DNA of 64,000 bases, from positions 4,712,001 to 4,776,000 of the forward strand of contig NC_043024.1 in the NCBI RefSeq assembly GCF_006345805.1, given 5' to 3'. The position numbers and the translations under genes were made by a program. Below the pieces are notes generated by a model. That model had not been told where the DNA came from and made no database searches. It worked only from the letters and a program-made list of their open reading frames with translations. How positions within the stretch are numbered: position 1 is the first letter of the stretch; each line of letters begins with the position of its first letter. The DNA comes from Octopus sinensis (taxonomy: Eukaryota). This document shows positions 39,244 to 56,161 of the stretch, piece after piece.

Positions 39244-41921
39244 CCATCATCATCATTTAGCGTCCGCTTTCCATGCTAGCATGGGTTGGAAGGTTCAACT
39301 GGGGTCTGTGAAGCCAGAAGGCTGCATCAGGCCCAGTCTGATCTGGCAGTGTTTCTACGGCTGAATGCCCTTCCTAACGCCAACCACTCCGTGAGTGTAG
39401 TGGGTGCTTTTTACGTGCCACTGGCACGGGGGCCAGGCGAGGCTGGCAACGGCCACGAACGGATGGAGCTATTACGTGCCACCGGCACGGGGGCCAGTCG
39501 AGACCGGCAACGGCCACGAACGAATGGTGCTACGTGCCACCGGCACGGGGGCCAGGCGGGGCTGGCAGCGACCACGAACGGATGGTGCGTTTACGTGCCA
39601 CCAGCACGGGGGCCAGGCGGGGCTGGCAACGGCCACGAAGGGATGGTGCTTTTACGTGCCACTGGCACGGAGGCCAGTCGGGGCGGTGCTGGCAACGGCC
39701 ACAATCGGATGGTTCGCTTACTTGCCACCGGCACTGGTATCACAGCTGCAATTTCCATTGATGTTGATCGACTTCGATTTTGGTTCTGCTTTCTGATATC
39801 TGATTTGATTTGGTTTGATTTTGATTTTGTTTTTCACTTGCCTCAACGGGTCTTCACAAGTGGAGTTTTGTGTCCCAAGAAGGAAAGGTATGTATAAGTC
39901 GACTGGCTACATACCAGGTAGAGGCCACGGGTTATGGTCTCACTAATCTTGCCGGGTCTTCTCACGAACAGCATACTTCCATACGTCTCGGTCTCTAGTT
40001 CGAAGGTTGTGCTTCACCACCTCGTCCCAGGTTTTCCTGGGTCTGCCTCTTCCTCTGGTTCCCTCAACAGCTAGGGTGTGGCACTTTTGCACACAACTAT
40101 CTTCAGCCATTCTCGTCACATGACCATACCAGCGCAAACGTCTCTCTTGCACACCACAAGTGATGCTTCTTTGGTCCAACTTTTCTCTCAAGGTACTTAC
40201 ACTCTGTCGATTATGAACACTGACATTACACATCCATCGGAGCATACTGGCTTCATATCCTCAGCAGTCACAGCCCATGTTTCACTACCATGTAGCATGG
40301 CTGTACGCACACATGCATCATACAGTCTGCCTTTTACTCTGAGCGAGAGGCCTTTTGTCACCAGCAGGGGTAAGAGCTCTCTAAACTTTGCCCAGGCTAT
40401 TCTTAATCTAGCAGTTACACTTTCAGCACACCCACCCCACTACTGACTTGGTCACCTAGGTATCGTAAGCTATCAACTACTTCTAGTTTTTCTCCCTGGA
40501 ACGTGGTAGAAGTTGGTCTCTGCACATTTTCAGTGTTTATTGCTCCTGAGCATCTGACACAGACAAAAACTATTTTCCTAGTTAGCCTTCCTTTGACATT
40601 GCTGCACCTCTTATGTGTCCATAGCTTACACTTGGTGCACCTTATAGTTTCTACCTACACCTTTTTTTACAGATCGAGCAGGGCCATCTACCTGAAGGCA
40701 TTTGTGATTGGTCTATCTTCCTACTTATTAGGACTTTCGTTTTGGCTAGGTTGATTCTAAGGCCCTTCGATTCTAAACCTTGCTTCCACACCTGAAACTT
40801 CGCCTCCAGTTCTGATAGTGACTCAGCAATTAGAGCAAGGTCATCAGCATAGAGGAGCTCCCAGGGGCATCATGTCTTGAATTCCTCCATTATTGCCTGG
40901 AGGACTATGATAAATAGGAGGGGACTGAGGACTGAACCTTGGTGGACCCCAACCTCTACCCGGAGTTCTTCACTGTACTCATTGCCAACCCTCACCTTAC
41001 TAGCAGCGTCTCTGTACATTGCTCGCACAGCTCTCACTAACCATTCATCTGTCCCTAGCTTCCTCATTGACCACCAGATAAGGGATCGGGGGACCCTGTC
41101 GAAGGCTTTCTCTATGTCAACAAAAGCCAGGTACAGGGGCTTATCTTTGGCTGGGTATTTCTCCTGCAGCTGTCTTACCTGGAATATAGCATCAGTAGTA
41201 CTTTTCCCTAGCACGAACCCAAATTGCATCTCATCTAAGCTAACCCTCTCTCTAATTAGTTGGGCTATAACCCTCTCCGTAACCTTCATTACCTGATCCA
41301 GCAGCTTGATACCCCTGTAGTTATTTGTATCTAGGGCGTCACCTTTACCTTTGTAGCAGTTGACTATTATGCTGCTACACCAGTCATTGGGTATGACTCC
41401 TTCATGTATCACCTGGTTAACTATACGGGTGACTAGGCTATAGCTGACACTACCAGATATTTTGAGCATCTCTGCAGTAATTCCTGATGGGCCTGGGGCT
41501 TTCCCTGTTTTCATGCTTGTAATTGCCTTAACTACTAAGGAACTGTCAACTCGGATTGCTGGTCCCTCTGTTGGGTCGACATTTGGCAGACTCTCTTTAT
41601 CCCATTCATTTTCCTCATTCAGCAACCTTTTATAGTGGCGTCTCCAAACCTCTCTCTTAGCATCCTCATTTAGTGCAAGTGAACCGTCATCCTTGCGAAC
41701 ACATTTCTCTCCTACCATGTCACGATTCTCTCTCACACACTGTCTTGCAACACGAAATACCTCAGGTCTTTCATCCTCATGGCGCAGAACATTGGCAAAG
41801 TTTTTCCTATCTGCTTCCCCTCTGGCTAAATACACCTGCCTCATAGATTCCCTTCTGGCAGTCTGATACACTTCCCTGCTACAACCGTTCTCCCAAGCCT
41901 GTTTCTTTTGTCTAATAGCCC
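39244..41921 (-). mobile_element. 5'-truncated RTE-clade LINE with intact 3' end
   Basis: RT motifs (KAPGPSG, QFGF, KAFDRV, QGSVLSP, YADD). C-terminal RRLRWYGHV...GRGRPRKTW; long 3'UTR ending in (GAT)n. Confidence 0.92.
39405..39735 (-). repeat. ~60-bp GC-rich minisatellite (~6 units) in the RTE 3'UTR
   Basis: Repeated TACGTGCCACCGGCACGGGGGCCAGGCGGGGCTGGCAACGGCCACGAACGGATGG. Confidence 0.8.
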
Positions 41922-41929
41922 TATACATA

Positions 41930-42250
41930 TATATGTATTTGTATATATGGCTCCCATGCAGGTAACATGTAAAAAGTACCATTCGAGCATGATTGATGCT
42001 AGTGCTGCCTGACTTGCACCCATGCCGGTGGCACATACAAAGCTCCTTTCAAGCATGGTCGATGCCAATGCTACCTGACTGGCTCTGTGGCACATAAAAG
42101 GCAACTGCTACACGCTCAAACAGCATCCAGCTGTAGAAATCTTGCCTGATAAGATTGAAACCTTGTTCAGCCTCATGGCTTGCCAATCCTCAGTCAAACC
42201 TCACAACCCATGCCAGCATGGAAGGCAGATGTTAAATGATGATGATGATG
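41930..42250 (+). mobile_element. RTE-family 3'UTR fragment
   Basis: Ends in GCATGGAAGGCAGATGTTAAAT(GAT)n. Confidence 0.7.
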
Positions 42251-42993
42251 AAGGTAGAGAAAGAGCGATATCTATTTTAGCAAACAAAGATACAAGACTG
42301 CAATGAAAACATCAGAAATCTAGTGTCATTAATATGTATATTGGTGTGTGTGTGTGTGTGTGTGGAAGTGTATATATGACAGACTTTATTTACCAGGAGT
42401 TGGTATTATAATAGATGTGTCTACTCTATGATATAAACATTTTGGTAATGCAAAAATTGGATAAATTTAATTGTTCAGATAAAGGATTGCTTCTACAATT
42501 TATGAAAACAGAAATGCCGTAAATTTGGGCTTTTGAATATCTGCCTTTTAAACATACTTGATGCCTTATATTATTTCTTCTGTTCTTTCAGAAAATCACA
42601 TGAAATTGGCTAAAAAGTATTTTTTACTTTTAAAGAATCATCAATATGTATCATGTTTGAAAGACTCTGCAAAGATATTCTACAAACGTATAATCCTGCT
42701 TCTATAAAACATTGCTGAATTACAGTAAAATATTTCCTCTGAGAGAGAAAGCATTTCTTTACTTCTGTGTCTGAAATGTGCAAGAGATAATTTTCTCTTT
42801 TAAATGTACTTTGATGAATTTACAAAGAGTATTTGCGACATTTTTAAATATTGGCAATGATCACATTTAGAAGAAATATAAGAGAAGTGATATTTGTTTG
42901 GAATAAACTATAAAAGCAAAAAGAAGCAAAATATCCATGAATTTTGGTGAGAGGAGAAATATTATTGAAAAGTTGTTGATCTGTACAACTTGA

Positions 42994-44520
<1,527 letters not shown>

Positions 44521-46883
44521 AAACAGAAGTCTTTCCTTATGAAGTGGGTCCATAACACAGTGATATTTGTTGTATAACATTTCCTCAGAAGGACAAAAGA
44601 CATATCTCATAAAGACATCCACAGAATATAGAAACTATATGAATGTGACATCTATGGTAAATCTTTGACATGAAATCATCCATTATTGAATCAAAAGAGC
44701 ATTAACAGAGGAAGGAAAACATATCACTGTGATGTTAAACCTGAATCATTCTTTCAAAATGGTGAATTGTTTGTACACAGTCCTATTAATATGAAGGATA
44801 TAACTGTAACCTAAGCTATTTGTGCTAAATCAATCTACGAAAATGATCAATAATTGAAATGTAAATGCATTCATACAGAAGAGGAACCACGATGATGATG
44901 ATCCTCATTTAAAATACTCCTATTCATGCTTCTGTGGATTAGATGGAACTCATTGATGCAGATTTTCTACATCTGGGTACCTTTCTTGTGACCAATCTTC
45001 ACCTGTTTCCAAGCAAGGAAATATCTTCCCTGGTGAGACATATTTTACGCAGAGGACTGGAAGTGAACAACTGCACAAGTATGACGGTCATGATGGCCCT
45101 TTACGAACATCACATAATATCTGGACACACACACACATATGTATGTCTGGAGAATTTCTTTTAGGAAATATCTTACATGTTTTCTCTGTGTAAATGTTTG
45201 TAATTCCTATTAGGAAATGAAACATGTAATGCTGAATAAATAATATCAAACTTTTCTCCGGTCTCCTTATGTGATTTGTAATTACCTTGCAAAAAATATT
45301 ATCCAAACCTCCCACAAAAATAATGTACGTGTAATATAATTTTAGAAGGTGGGTAATGTTCTGATGGAGAGATTAAAGAAAGGTAGAGAGAGACAGATGA
45401 TGGTGGTGGTTGTGATGGTGAATACAGAGTGAAAAGTAATGTTTTTTTTATACTTGAACTAAGTTTTTTTTTACAACACCTACAAATTGAAATGTGTATT
45501 GGCTCTCTGACCCATCACCTTGGCTTACAAGTTACCACTGATGTGGTTTTCAGAGTAAACCATGTTACATTAAATTCTGACCCCTATATTTTACATATAA
45601 GGTAATTTTTTTAGTATACACTTCTCGTGTTTTAGGTAAGAAATTGTGCCCATGTAAAATTTAAAATGTAATTTCTTTTTGTGAATAGCAGATGAGCGAC
45701 TATCTTTTGATGCAGACACAATACAGGCTCCACTTTAGAGTGTTTTGGTATCAGGAATAACCCAGTCCATTGCCTCACTAGACACCGAGGCCATGACTGG
45801 TGACTGGGAACTTTTGTTTTTGGATAATGGATAAACAGCTAAAAGATTATATAAATATATATTTATAAAATTAAAGACTTAAATCTGTACAAGAAGCAAA
45901 GCAAAAAGAGAATTCAATTAAGAATGCATCTGATGAAAGAATATTGGTTTAAAAAACATACGACATAAAAATGATAACAATGAAGACTATAAGGAATATG
46001 AGGGAGATAGGGTGAATCCTTTCTTTTTGACAATGGCTGGGCATTGTCTTGTTGGAAGACTAATGCTTTTCTGTTGGTAATCTCCAGCCGCAGTTCTTTG
46101 ATATATTTTGGTTCAAATTAGCCAGTTGATGACAGAACACATCAGAATTAATGGTCTGGTTTTATGGGAGAAGGTCATAATAAACAATGCCTTTATGATC
46201 CCACCAAACACAAAGCACAGGTGTGTTGCCATGGATATTCATCTTTGGTTGCTTGGGGGATATTTCTTCAAACTCCAGGATCAGTTTTGCACAACATTAA
46301 GCATGCAATCCATTTTTCATCTCCAGTCACAAGTCGTTTGAAAAAAGGGCGTGCTTTCTTTCCATTTCAAAAGCATATCCCAAATGGAATACTGGTCCCA
46401 GCAATTCTTTTCTGAGAATTTCAAGCACCCATATATTAAAGCAAAGAGTAAGATAGAAAGAGGGACAGAGAGAAGCGTACATGATATGTGATAGGGGGAA
46501 CATAATATTTATTACATGGTTAAAAAGGTTAGTTGAAGTTGATGATATAGAGAAGTTAGCAATATTATTTAAGCAGAGTGGTGATGTTCTGATGCTGAGA
46601 TTTAAGGCACAGAGAGAGAGAGATGATGGTTGTCGTGGAGGAAATGGTGATGGACAGTGCATAGTTAAAAGTAATTTGCCCTTTAATTGAACAAAGTTTT
46701 TTATATCGCGTATGAATTACCGTGTAAAAAGTACGAAATCACAATAATTTGATATTTCACCCCCCTTTTTCACATGAACAAAATGACAGCTTCTAAATAT
46801 TGTTTTCTAAATGGGTAAGAATGATCAAACTTTTGAACCGCAGTAACTTTTCACAAATTTTTTTTGTGTAAGAAGCAAATTAA

Positions 46884-47950
<1,067 letters not shown>

Positions 47951-48329
47951 CGTTACGTTACTCAGCCTGTTGGTAATACTTTCACTTGATTAGAGGAAAA
48001 GAAAGAGAGGGAAGAGGATAAGGCGAATATTGAGGCAAATAGAGAAGTGTGAACAATGTGGTTTTCAGTGTATGCCATGTTACGTTAAACTTTTACCCAC
48101 ATGAAATTGTGACCCCTATATTTTACATAGAGAATAATGTATTTACTATACAATTTTTGTTTTTTAGATAAAAAATTGTGACCATGTAAATTTTATTCTA
48201 TTTATAGGAGAAGTGAAAAATAAGAGTGAATATTTTATGATTGCTGTGTATAAACTATATAAATTTATATATAAAATACATTAAGTAATCAACGTTTCCC
48301 AAATTCTTTCACTTTTCAATGGATACCTT

Positions 48330-48969
48330 TTCATCTCGTCACAAGACGTTTAAAAAAAGGCAGGCTTTCATTCCATTTCAAAAACATATCACAAACAGAA
48401 TACTGCTCCAAGCAATCCTTTTCTGAGAGTTTGTGAGGGACCCATTACATTATAGCAAGAAATGTATCCTAGCTTCACAAGGTGTTCATCAGCCATACTT
48501 TGAAGAACTTTCAACTCCTCTGCAAGATCTTTAGTCTTGATATTGGATTTTCTTCGATTTTTGCCTTCAAAACATCCACATCCAATTTTGAAGATCTTCC
48601 ACTGCGACTGTCGTCTTCCAAGCTAAACTCTCCAGTTTTAAATTTCGCAAACCAGCTTCGAACAGTTGATTCACCTGCAGCATCATCATAAACTTTACAA
48701 ATATTTTTGAAAGTGTTTGCAGCATTTTCACATTTTTTCTTTAAGAAAAACATTATAACGTGAATATAAAATTTTTGGTTATCCATTTCAAATATCATTA
48801 AAGGCTAACCAGAATGAAAGATAAACGGAATTTTGGTGAGGAACAAAGACAAGATACACTACCACTTTGAGCAATGCCATAGTTTTAACTGTTACGTTTC
48901 TGGTGTATTCAATGAAGCGTTAAATTTAGCTTAAAAAAAAACACTCAGACCTTTCTGGACAACTTAATA
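48330..48969 (-). mobile_element. Mariner remnant (one end plus N-terminal HTH)
   Basis: ORF 48511-48798 with TVRSWFAKFKTGEFSLED..RSGR; VPHKL piece; TA end at 48968. Confidence 0.8.
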
Positions 48970-49317
48970 CGAGTGTTCATATGGTGTACGTAAAGAAGAA
49001 TCCCGTAAATATTTCGTTTGTTTTCAGTTCACTTCATGTGGTGTCATGCACAAAAGGACAGCTTCCAAATCCCGTTTTCTGAATGGGTAAAACTGATCAA
49101 ACTTTAAACCTCTGTAATTAATATATATATATATATATACATATATAGGAGTGGCTGTCGTAAGTAGCTTGCTAACCAACCATATGGTTCCAGGTTCAGT
49201 CCCACTGTGTGGCATCTTGTGCAAGTGTCTTCTGCTACAGCCCCGGGCCAACCAATGCCTTGTGAGTGGATTTTGTAAACGGAAACTGAAAGAAGCCTGT
49301 CGTATATATATATGTAT

Positions 49318-50183
49318 GTGTCTAGTTGTCCCCCTAGCATTGCTTGACATCCGATGCTGGTGTGTTTAACGTCCCCGTCACTTAGCGTTTCGGCAAAAGT
49401 GACCGATAGAATAAGTACTGGGTTACAAGAATAAGTCCCGGGGTCGATTTGCTCGACTAAAGGCGGGCTCCAGCATGGCCACAGTCAAATGACTGAAACA
49501 AGTAAAAGAGTATATATATATGAATGTGTGAATTATCAAAAATTCCACACTTGCAGTCAAACAGAAAAGGTTCGGCAGGATTGTTAATAATGACAATAAT
49601 AATAATTTATGAGACAGAATTATCAAAGAAACATCCTTCACAAAATACCAAATCTATAAAGTAAAGCCACAATTTTTTAAAGACTGGAAAAGACTGTCCC
49701 CATAAAATTCTAGGTAATCTGAATGTATGCCAAAAGAAATGCATTTCCGTGTCTAGTTGTCCCCCTAGCATTGCTTGACATCCGATGCTGGTGTGTTTAA
49801 CGTCCCCGTCACTTAGCGTTTCGGCAAAAGTAACCGATAGAATAAGTACTGGGCTTACAAAGAATAAGTCCCGGGGTCGATTTGCTCGACTAAAGGCGGT
49901 GCTCCAGCATGGCCACAGTCAAATGACTGAAACAAGTAAAAGAGTATATATATATGAATGTGTGAATTATCAAAAATTTCCACACTTGCAGTCAAACAGA
50001 AAAGGTTCGGCAGGATTGTTAATAATGACAATAATAATAATTTATGAGACAGAATTATCAAAGAAACATCCTTCACAAAATACCAAATCTATAAAGTAGA
50101 GCCACAATTTTTTAAAGACTGGAAAAGACTGTCCCCATAAAATTCTAGGTAATCTGAATGTATGCCAAAAGAAATGCATTTCC
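49318..50183 (+). repeat. Direct tandem duplication of ~431 bp
   Basis: 49318-49748 repeated at 49749-50183 with few differences. Confidence 0.9.
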
Positions 50184-51570
50184 ATAAAATTTCAATGAAG
50201 AAAACCCAAATTTTTCTTAAAGGTACGAGGGAAACGCTCAGATCTTGTGAATTTATATATGTCTGTGTAAAAAAAATAATAATTAAGTTTAAGAAATTAT
50301 ATACGTTTGCGTAAAAAAAAAAATTATTTACTTTGTTCAAAAAATATTATTAATTTTGATTAATTTTTCTGTAAAATAGTATTTTATGTTGATCGCAAAA
50401 TAAAGTTTCAGACATTATAGTTTGTGTAAAAAAAAATTATTATCTAAGTTTAAAAGATTATTTTATTTTGTTCAAAAAATATTAATATTAATTTTCAAGA
50501 ATTATTTAATTTATATAATTAATTCGTTTATTTTAATCTGTAAAATAGTATTTATGTTGATCGCAAACAAATATGTATCGCGCATGTGCGATACAAGTAT
50601 ATATTGCGCATGCGCCAATCAGCTCGTAGGATCGACTACCTACATCTGGCTAGCGTGGACGCGCGTCTGCGCAAACCGGGTCCAGTCTACACGACTAGTA
50701 CCAAAAACTTATATACTTTGTTCAAAAAATATTAACATAAATTAATTTTCAAGAATTATTTAATTTGTGTAAAAAAATTAATTTATTTTGTTCATAAACA
50801 GGTAACGCGCACTGTAAAAAAATTATTTTATTTAGTTCGTAAAAAGGTAATGTGCATGTGCAAATGAACTCATTTGCATATACCCAAGTCGCAGTGTCGA
50901 CCACGTACGACTAGCTTGCACGTCGCCGCGCATCAAGACCAGCATGTGCTAGTAGTACCATAATACTTTGCCTTGAAAGTGAAAAAACAAAACCAACATA
51001 TACAACAGGTATGTAAAACATACCTGTTGTATATGTAAAGCATTTTATAAAAAAAAAACATTCTTGAATTTTAAACTAGACAGTATAATACTGCCTAACG
51101 CATCTTATGAAATTCATAAAAGCAGTCTCTGTTTTATCATCACCAACTAAACTTGAACAGATATGTTGAAAATAACACACCTGATTATTGATTGGAAAAA
51201 AAAAAAAAAAAAAGTTAAAAATTAGGAGGAAGCAGAAAGAGATTTAAAATTTTAAAAATGTGGATTTTTACATATTCAGAATCTCCATCATAGAAAACTC
51301 GGTTCCGGGAGGCTGACTCCACTAGTTCCACCTAGTAACTTAAGGTGTATTGATCGCAGCAGGCATGGAACACTACTTATTAGTTCCTGAAATATTGGTA
51401 ACTATCATTAACATACGAAATATAATCTGATAGCAGCAAATAGAATGGTTTTTCACTACTCACACTTCACTCAGAAATGCTTCTCGCTTTCTCACTCTTC
51501 CCCAAAACGCCAATCAAAATACTCATCATCAGAATTGCAAACAAAAAATGTGGTGCAGACAAATTCTGTC

Positions 51571-53237
51571 GGTACAACTAGCGAACAGCGGTCCCGATGC
51601 GCGCACACGCGCAGTCACGCTTAAAGCTGTGAAAGAGTCTATTGAAAAGAATTCATATCGGGAAAACTCTAAATTAAAACTACGGGACTTTATCCTCGTT
51701 ACATACAACAGAGGTAGGATGCCACAGGAGAGATGTGGGTACAAGTCGCGTAGACTGGACCCAATCCTACAGCGACTTGCGTATGCAAATGAGCTGATTG
51801 GCAGATTAGTAGCAGAAATGTTGTGTGATTTATATACTATTGTTCAAGACTTTGATGCGACGTATTCGTTCCTAAAGGAGAAGAAAGTTCTCAAACATCT
51901 CTAATAATATGGAATTAGCCCCTAAAAGCTAACCAATCAGAACATTCAGTTCTAAAATCTAACCAATCAGAACATTCAGTTCTAAAATCTAACCAATCAG
52001 AACATTCAGTTCTAAAATCTAACCAATCAGAGCTAACTGAATTCTTACCACGTGGTCTTATAGATTTTATTGTCCCTTTACAATTCCATATTATTGAACC
52101 TTTCATTTGAGAAGCAGATTCGTAGCAGAAATGTTGTGCGATTTGTATACTATCATTCAAGACTTTGATGCGACGTATTCGTTCCTAAAGGAGAAGAAAG
52201 TTCTCAATGTTTGTCCCCATTGTGTGCAATGCCAGAAAGAAATGAGTCTTATAAAATACAATGATGAAAAAATATTTCGCTGCCCAACGCACAAAGGTGA
52301 GAAAGTTTCTATTAGGAAGAAATCGTGCCTTGAAAAGTCCAAACCAAGGCTATGGGACTTTATCCTAATAACATATTTATGGAGTCATAACACACCAGTT
52401 TCTACAACAATGGAACTGACTGGATTGGTTCAAAGCACCGTAATCCAATGGTACCAATACATCAAAGACATTTGCAGTCACCCTCTTGTGAATAACCCAT
52501 ACAAAATTGGTGGGGTTGGGCATATCATGGAAATAGATGAATCCATGATGTGCAAGAGGAAGTACAACAGAAGTAGAATGCCACAGGAGAGATGGGTTTT
52601 CTAGTCTTCGTACCTGACCGGTCCTCCAAAACTCTGCTACCAATCATAAAAAAATTCATAAGACCAGGCACTACAATTCATTCGGATTGTTGGGTGCTTA
52701 CAAGGGGATTGCTGAAATGGATGTGACACCTAAATACATCCATCTCACAGTCAACCATTCCCAGAATTTCGTAGATCCAGTGACACTTGTACACACAAAT
52801 TCTGTGGAATGTTACTGGAAGAATGCGAAAAGACGATTTAAGACAATGATGTGGGGACACTCCAACATGGTGGGGTCGTACTTAGACGAATTTCTTTGGA
52901 AGGAGCAATATGGGAAGTGTGGAAAGGAATGTTTTGAAAACATTCTGAGGCACTTTTCCGAATGGTTCACATTCAAGTGAATCAAATGAACTGCAAGAAC
53001 TGAAATATTCTACTTTTCATTTGCTGTTTGCTTTTTATTTACTTTAATTAATTTGTGTAAAAAAAAAAAAATTTATTTACTTACTTAAAAAATTTATATA
53101 CTTTGTTTCCAAACATGTATCGCGCGTGCGCGAATCTATTCATTAGCATATGCGCAAGTTGTAGGATCGATTACTTACGACCAGCTAGCGCGGATGCGGG
53201 ACTGCGCGCACCAGGACCACTGTTCGTTAGTAGTACC
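51571..53237 (+). mobile_element. Merlin (IS1595/ISXO2-like DDE) transposon, defective, with nested extra 5' ends
   Basis: TIRs GGTACAACTAGCGAACAG / CTGTTCGTTAGTAGTACC. Transposase pieces 52107-52604 and 52687-52980 with EIDES, HSDCW and HTNSVECYW. No TSD found. Confidence 0.85.
51921..52031 (+). repeat. 30-bp tandem repeat with four CCAAT boxes
   Basis: AACCAATCAG at 51931, 51961, 51991 and 52021. Confidence 0.9.
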
Positions 53238-53329
53238 GAAATGCTTTATAAAATATATATATATATATATAAAAAAAAATTTTAAAATCAAAAAAAAAAA
53301 TCGCCCTCCAAGAATATATACAATCAAGA

Positions 53330-54533
53330 TTTTAAAATCTTGCAATCCCCTCTATCAGTTTTTCGAAAAGATCGCAACCTTTGTACTTTCTGCACCACAT
53401 AATTTCACAGAGACCAGAGTCAATCATAGAACTCTGCTTAACACAGGCCCAAGGGCCTTCCATCCGTGGCGACTGACTTAGACTGAGCACCATGCTTCGC
53501 CACTTTATGGAGAAACTGATAACCCTCGATCTCTGGAATATGAGAGTAAGATCTCCACAGATCACTAACGACCGTGGTTCCGGGGAGAACCGAATGGCAG
53601 ATGCATTCTTCGAGTGTGTCACAATCCCGACATGTTACTGCATAGAGAAAAACTTGCTTGGCCTTGCGACACACTCCTTTATAGACCCACTGGTGGGGCG
53701 GCCGACCACCACGTCTACGTTTCCTCCTCGAGAAGACTGTCTCTTCTATCTCGACAATCTTCCCAGGACCACCTATCTGAACTGGGTTGAGGAGTAAGTC
53801 CTCTGCACAGACTTCTCTTACACAGCTGAACTGTGACTCACACCCAGCTCTTCATAACAATAACGTATTGTGGTCAGCTTCTTGACCCAAGAATATAAGA
53901 AAAGGAGGATAGTTCGCAGAGGAAGCGTAGTGCCTTCCAGCCATGTACCTTTCCTAACAGATACAGACTGGTCACAGCCTTTCCGTGCGCAGCGCCAGCG
54001 AACCCTCCCCCCACCCACTTTCTGTTTCATGAAATGTTGAACTCTACAATTTTTTCTTCGGAGGTATTATACCCTTCACTGTAAGGAAAGCTACCGCATC
54101 CACTTCGGTCCTAATCGTGTTGTACAAATCCATGAGGCCATACGATTTAGTTGCAGCCACAGCCATACTTCCCCAATACAACTGTGGGGGAAAATGCAAA
54201 TGTGCAAAAGAGGCGATCGAAAAAAAAAAAACCTAGTATGTAACACAGACAGCAAACAGAAATGAAATATGAGCAGATTGGGGGGGGGGGGGGAATAATC
54301 ACAAAATTAACACGGGAAAATGTACAAAAAGGGCGATCAAAAAGCAAGAAAAAATGAGGGAAAAAAAGCGTAAAAAAATTAAATAGAACAGTGTTGGAAA
54401 TAATTACAGGTAGTGAGTAAAAATATCCACAGATAAGTTTTAAAAAATACAGTCAAGTTAAAGAACACACCAGAATAATTAATGTACACGTGGTCGTGTT
54501 GCCCCTAGATTACTATCGCAAACAATAGGATCC
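53330..54533 (-). mobile_element. Second Merlin-type transposase pseudogene
   Basis: WRC..KGC..VSVRKGTW, VLPGTTVVSDLWRSY and EIMWCRKY pieces. Possible GGATCC-starting end at 54533. Confidence 0.75.
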
Positions 54534-54799
54534 TTCATGCGACAACATGGAATAAATTCTAATGTACACGTGGTTCTGTTGTTCTTTGGTTACTTTCACA
54601 AACAGTAGAAGGTATCTTCAGGTATTTGTCGATTTGGTTAGAATAATCCAAATGCGACAACTTGAAATAAATTCTAAAATACGAAACGTTGTGAAAAATG
54701 TTGACAGTGTTCAGCGTGAGAAATTACACCAGTATATGAAGTTTCAAACAGTTCAGTTAAAAAATATAATGAAAAAAATCTGTGAACCAAATTGAAGAG

Positions 54800-55250
54800 A
54801 TTTAAATTACCTCTTGCACATTTCATTCAGTGAAATAAAGCAATGTTTTTTTCTTTTTATCAGAGGAAATATTTTACTGTAACTCAGCAATGTTTTACGT
54901 TTGTAGAATATCTTTGCAGAGTCTTTCAAACATGATACATATTGATGATTCTTTACAAGTAAAAAATACTTTTTAGCCAATTTCATGTGATTTTCTGAAA
55001 GAATACGAAAATAATATTAAAAAAAAAAAAGTTTAAAAGGTAGATACTAAAAGGTACAAATTTACGGTATCAATCAATAAGAGTAGTCACGGTGCGCGCA
55101 GATGCGCGTACCGGGACCACGCTTCTTAAATAGTACCCAAATTTACAATTGTTTTGATAAATTATAAATGAATGAGATACAGTAATTATAATAGCAACTC
55201 CTGGACATTAAATCCTTAACAAAACTCTATCACCCTCTCTCAAACAAATA
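54800..55250 (-). pseudogene. 5' leader/intron fragment of a ZNF paralog without fingers
   Basis: Matches the conserved acceptor/uORF block (reverse). A second short piece lies at ~56090-56155. Confidence 0.65.
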
Positions 55251-56161
55251 TACATATATATATATATTATCTAGTTTCAGCTCACGAGCTGTGGCCATGC
55301 TGGGACACAGCCATTAATGTGAAGCTTTCACGCCGAAGGTAAAGAATACGCACACCTGGTGTTTAGGGACACGCCGAAAACGGGTTGTGCGTTTTCTTTA
55401 CCCCTGCAAATTGAAACACGATGGGGAGGGGTCAACGGAATCCAGAGATTTATTTAAGGAATGGATAACAGCTCTGATACGAAACAAAGATAATAATTAG
55501 GCGTAACTTCGGTATAGGTACCGGATATATTTCAAGAAAGGGTTTTTTTTATATATGGGGGGGTTTAGGGGTTAGGAGAAAAGGGTTTCTGTTATCTTCA
55601 GAAATGTACACAAAGTCACGTGTGTACCTATACCGAAGGTTCGCCAATAATTACATTATTGTGTACCAAAATGCATGCAAAAAAAGGGTTTAATACTTAC
55701 TAATAATCAGACGCCCTTACTCGCCAAAAAGGGTTATGGTGCGTTTTCTTTACCCCTGCAAACTGTAACACGACGGGGAATTAATGCCTTGTGCAAATGA
55801 TGATTTGCCACGGTTAAATATCAGCCTCTTGCTACATGTGGCTAACGAACACTGCGACGGAGTAAAAATGACATGTTAACTCGTCAAAGCAGCAACTAAA
55901 GTTGACCTCTTCGGTTTTGACGCCAGTCACGGCTATGTGTATCCTTCCGCTGCATGCTACAAGTGAGCGGAGTAACCTACCCTTGCGTGTTACTACGCTA
56001 GCACGAAATAGTTCGAACCAAAACTGCAAGGGAATATCTAAAAGAAAGAAGGCTGTGGTCATGTATTTTTGTCTTTGTTTAGTGAGATAATTTCTCTTGC
56101 ACACTTCATTCAGTAAAATAAAAGTTTTTTTTCTCTCAGAGGAAATATTTTACTGGGCATT

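Noticed and set aside
39286-39897. 203-aa ORF and overlapping ORFs
   Set aside because: Antisense reading of the GC-rich RTE 3'UTR minisatellite.
55320-55800. Region with direct and inverted GTGCGTTTTCTTTACC motifs
   Set aside because: Probably a DNA-transposon remnant, but I could not define ends or a TSD.
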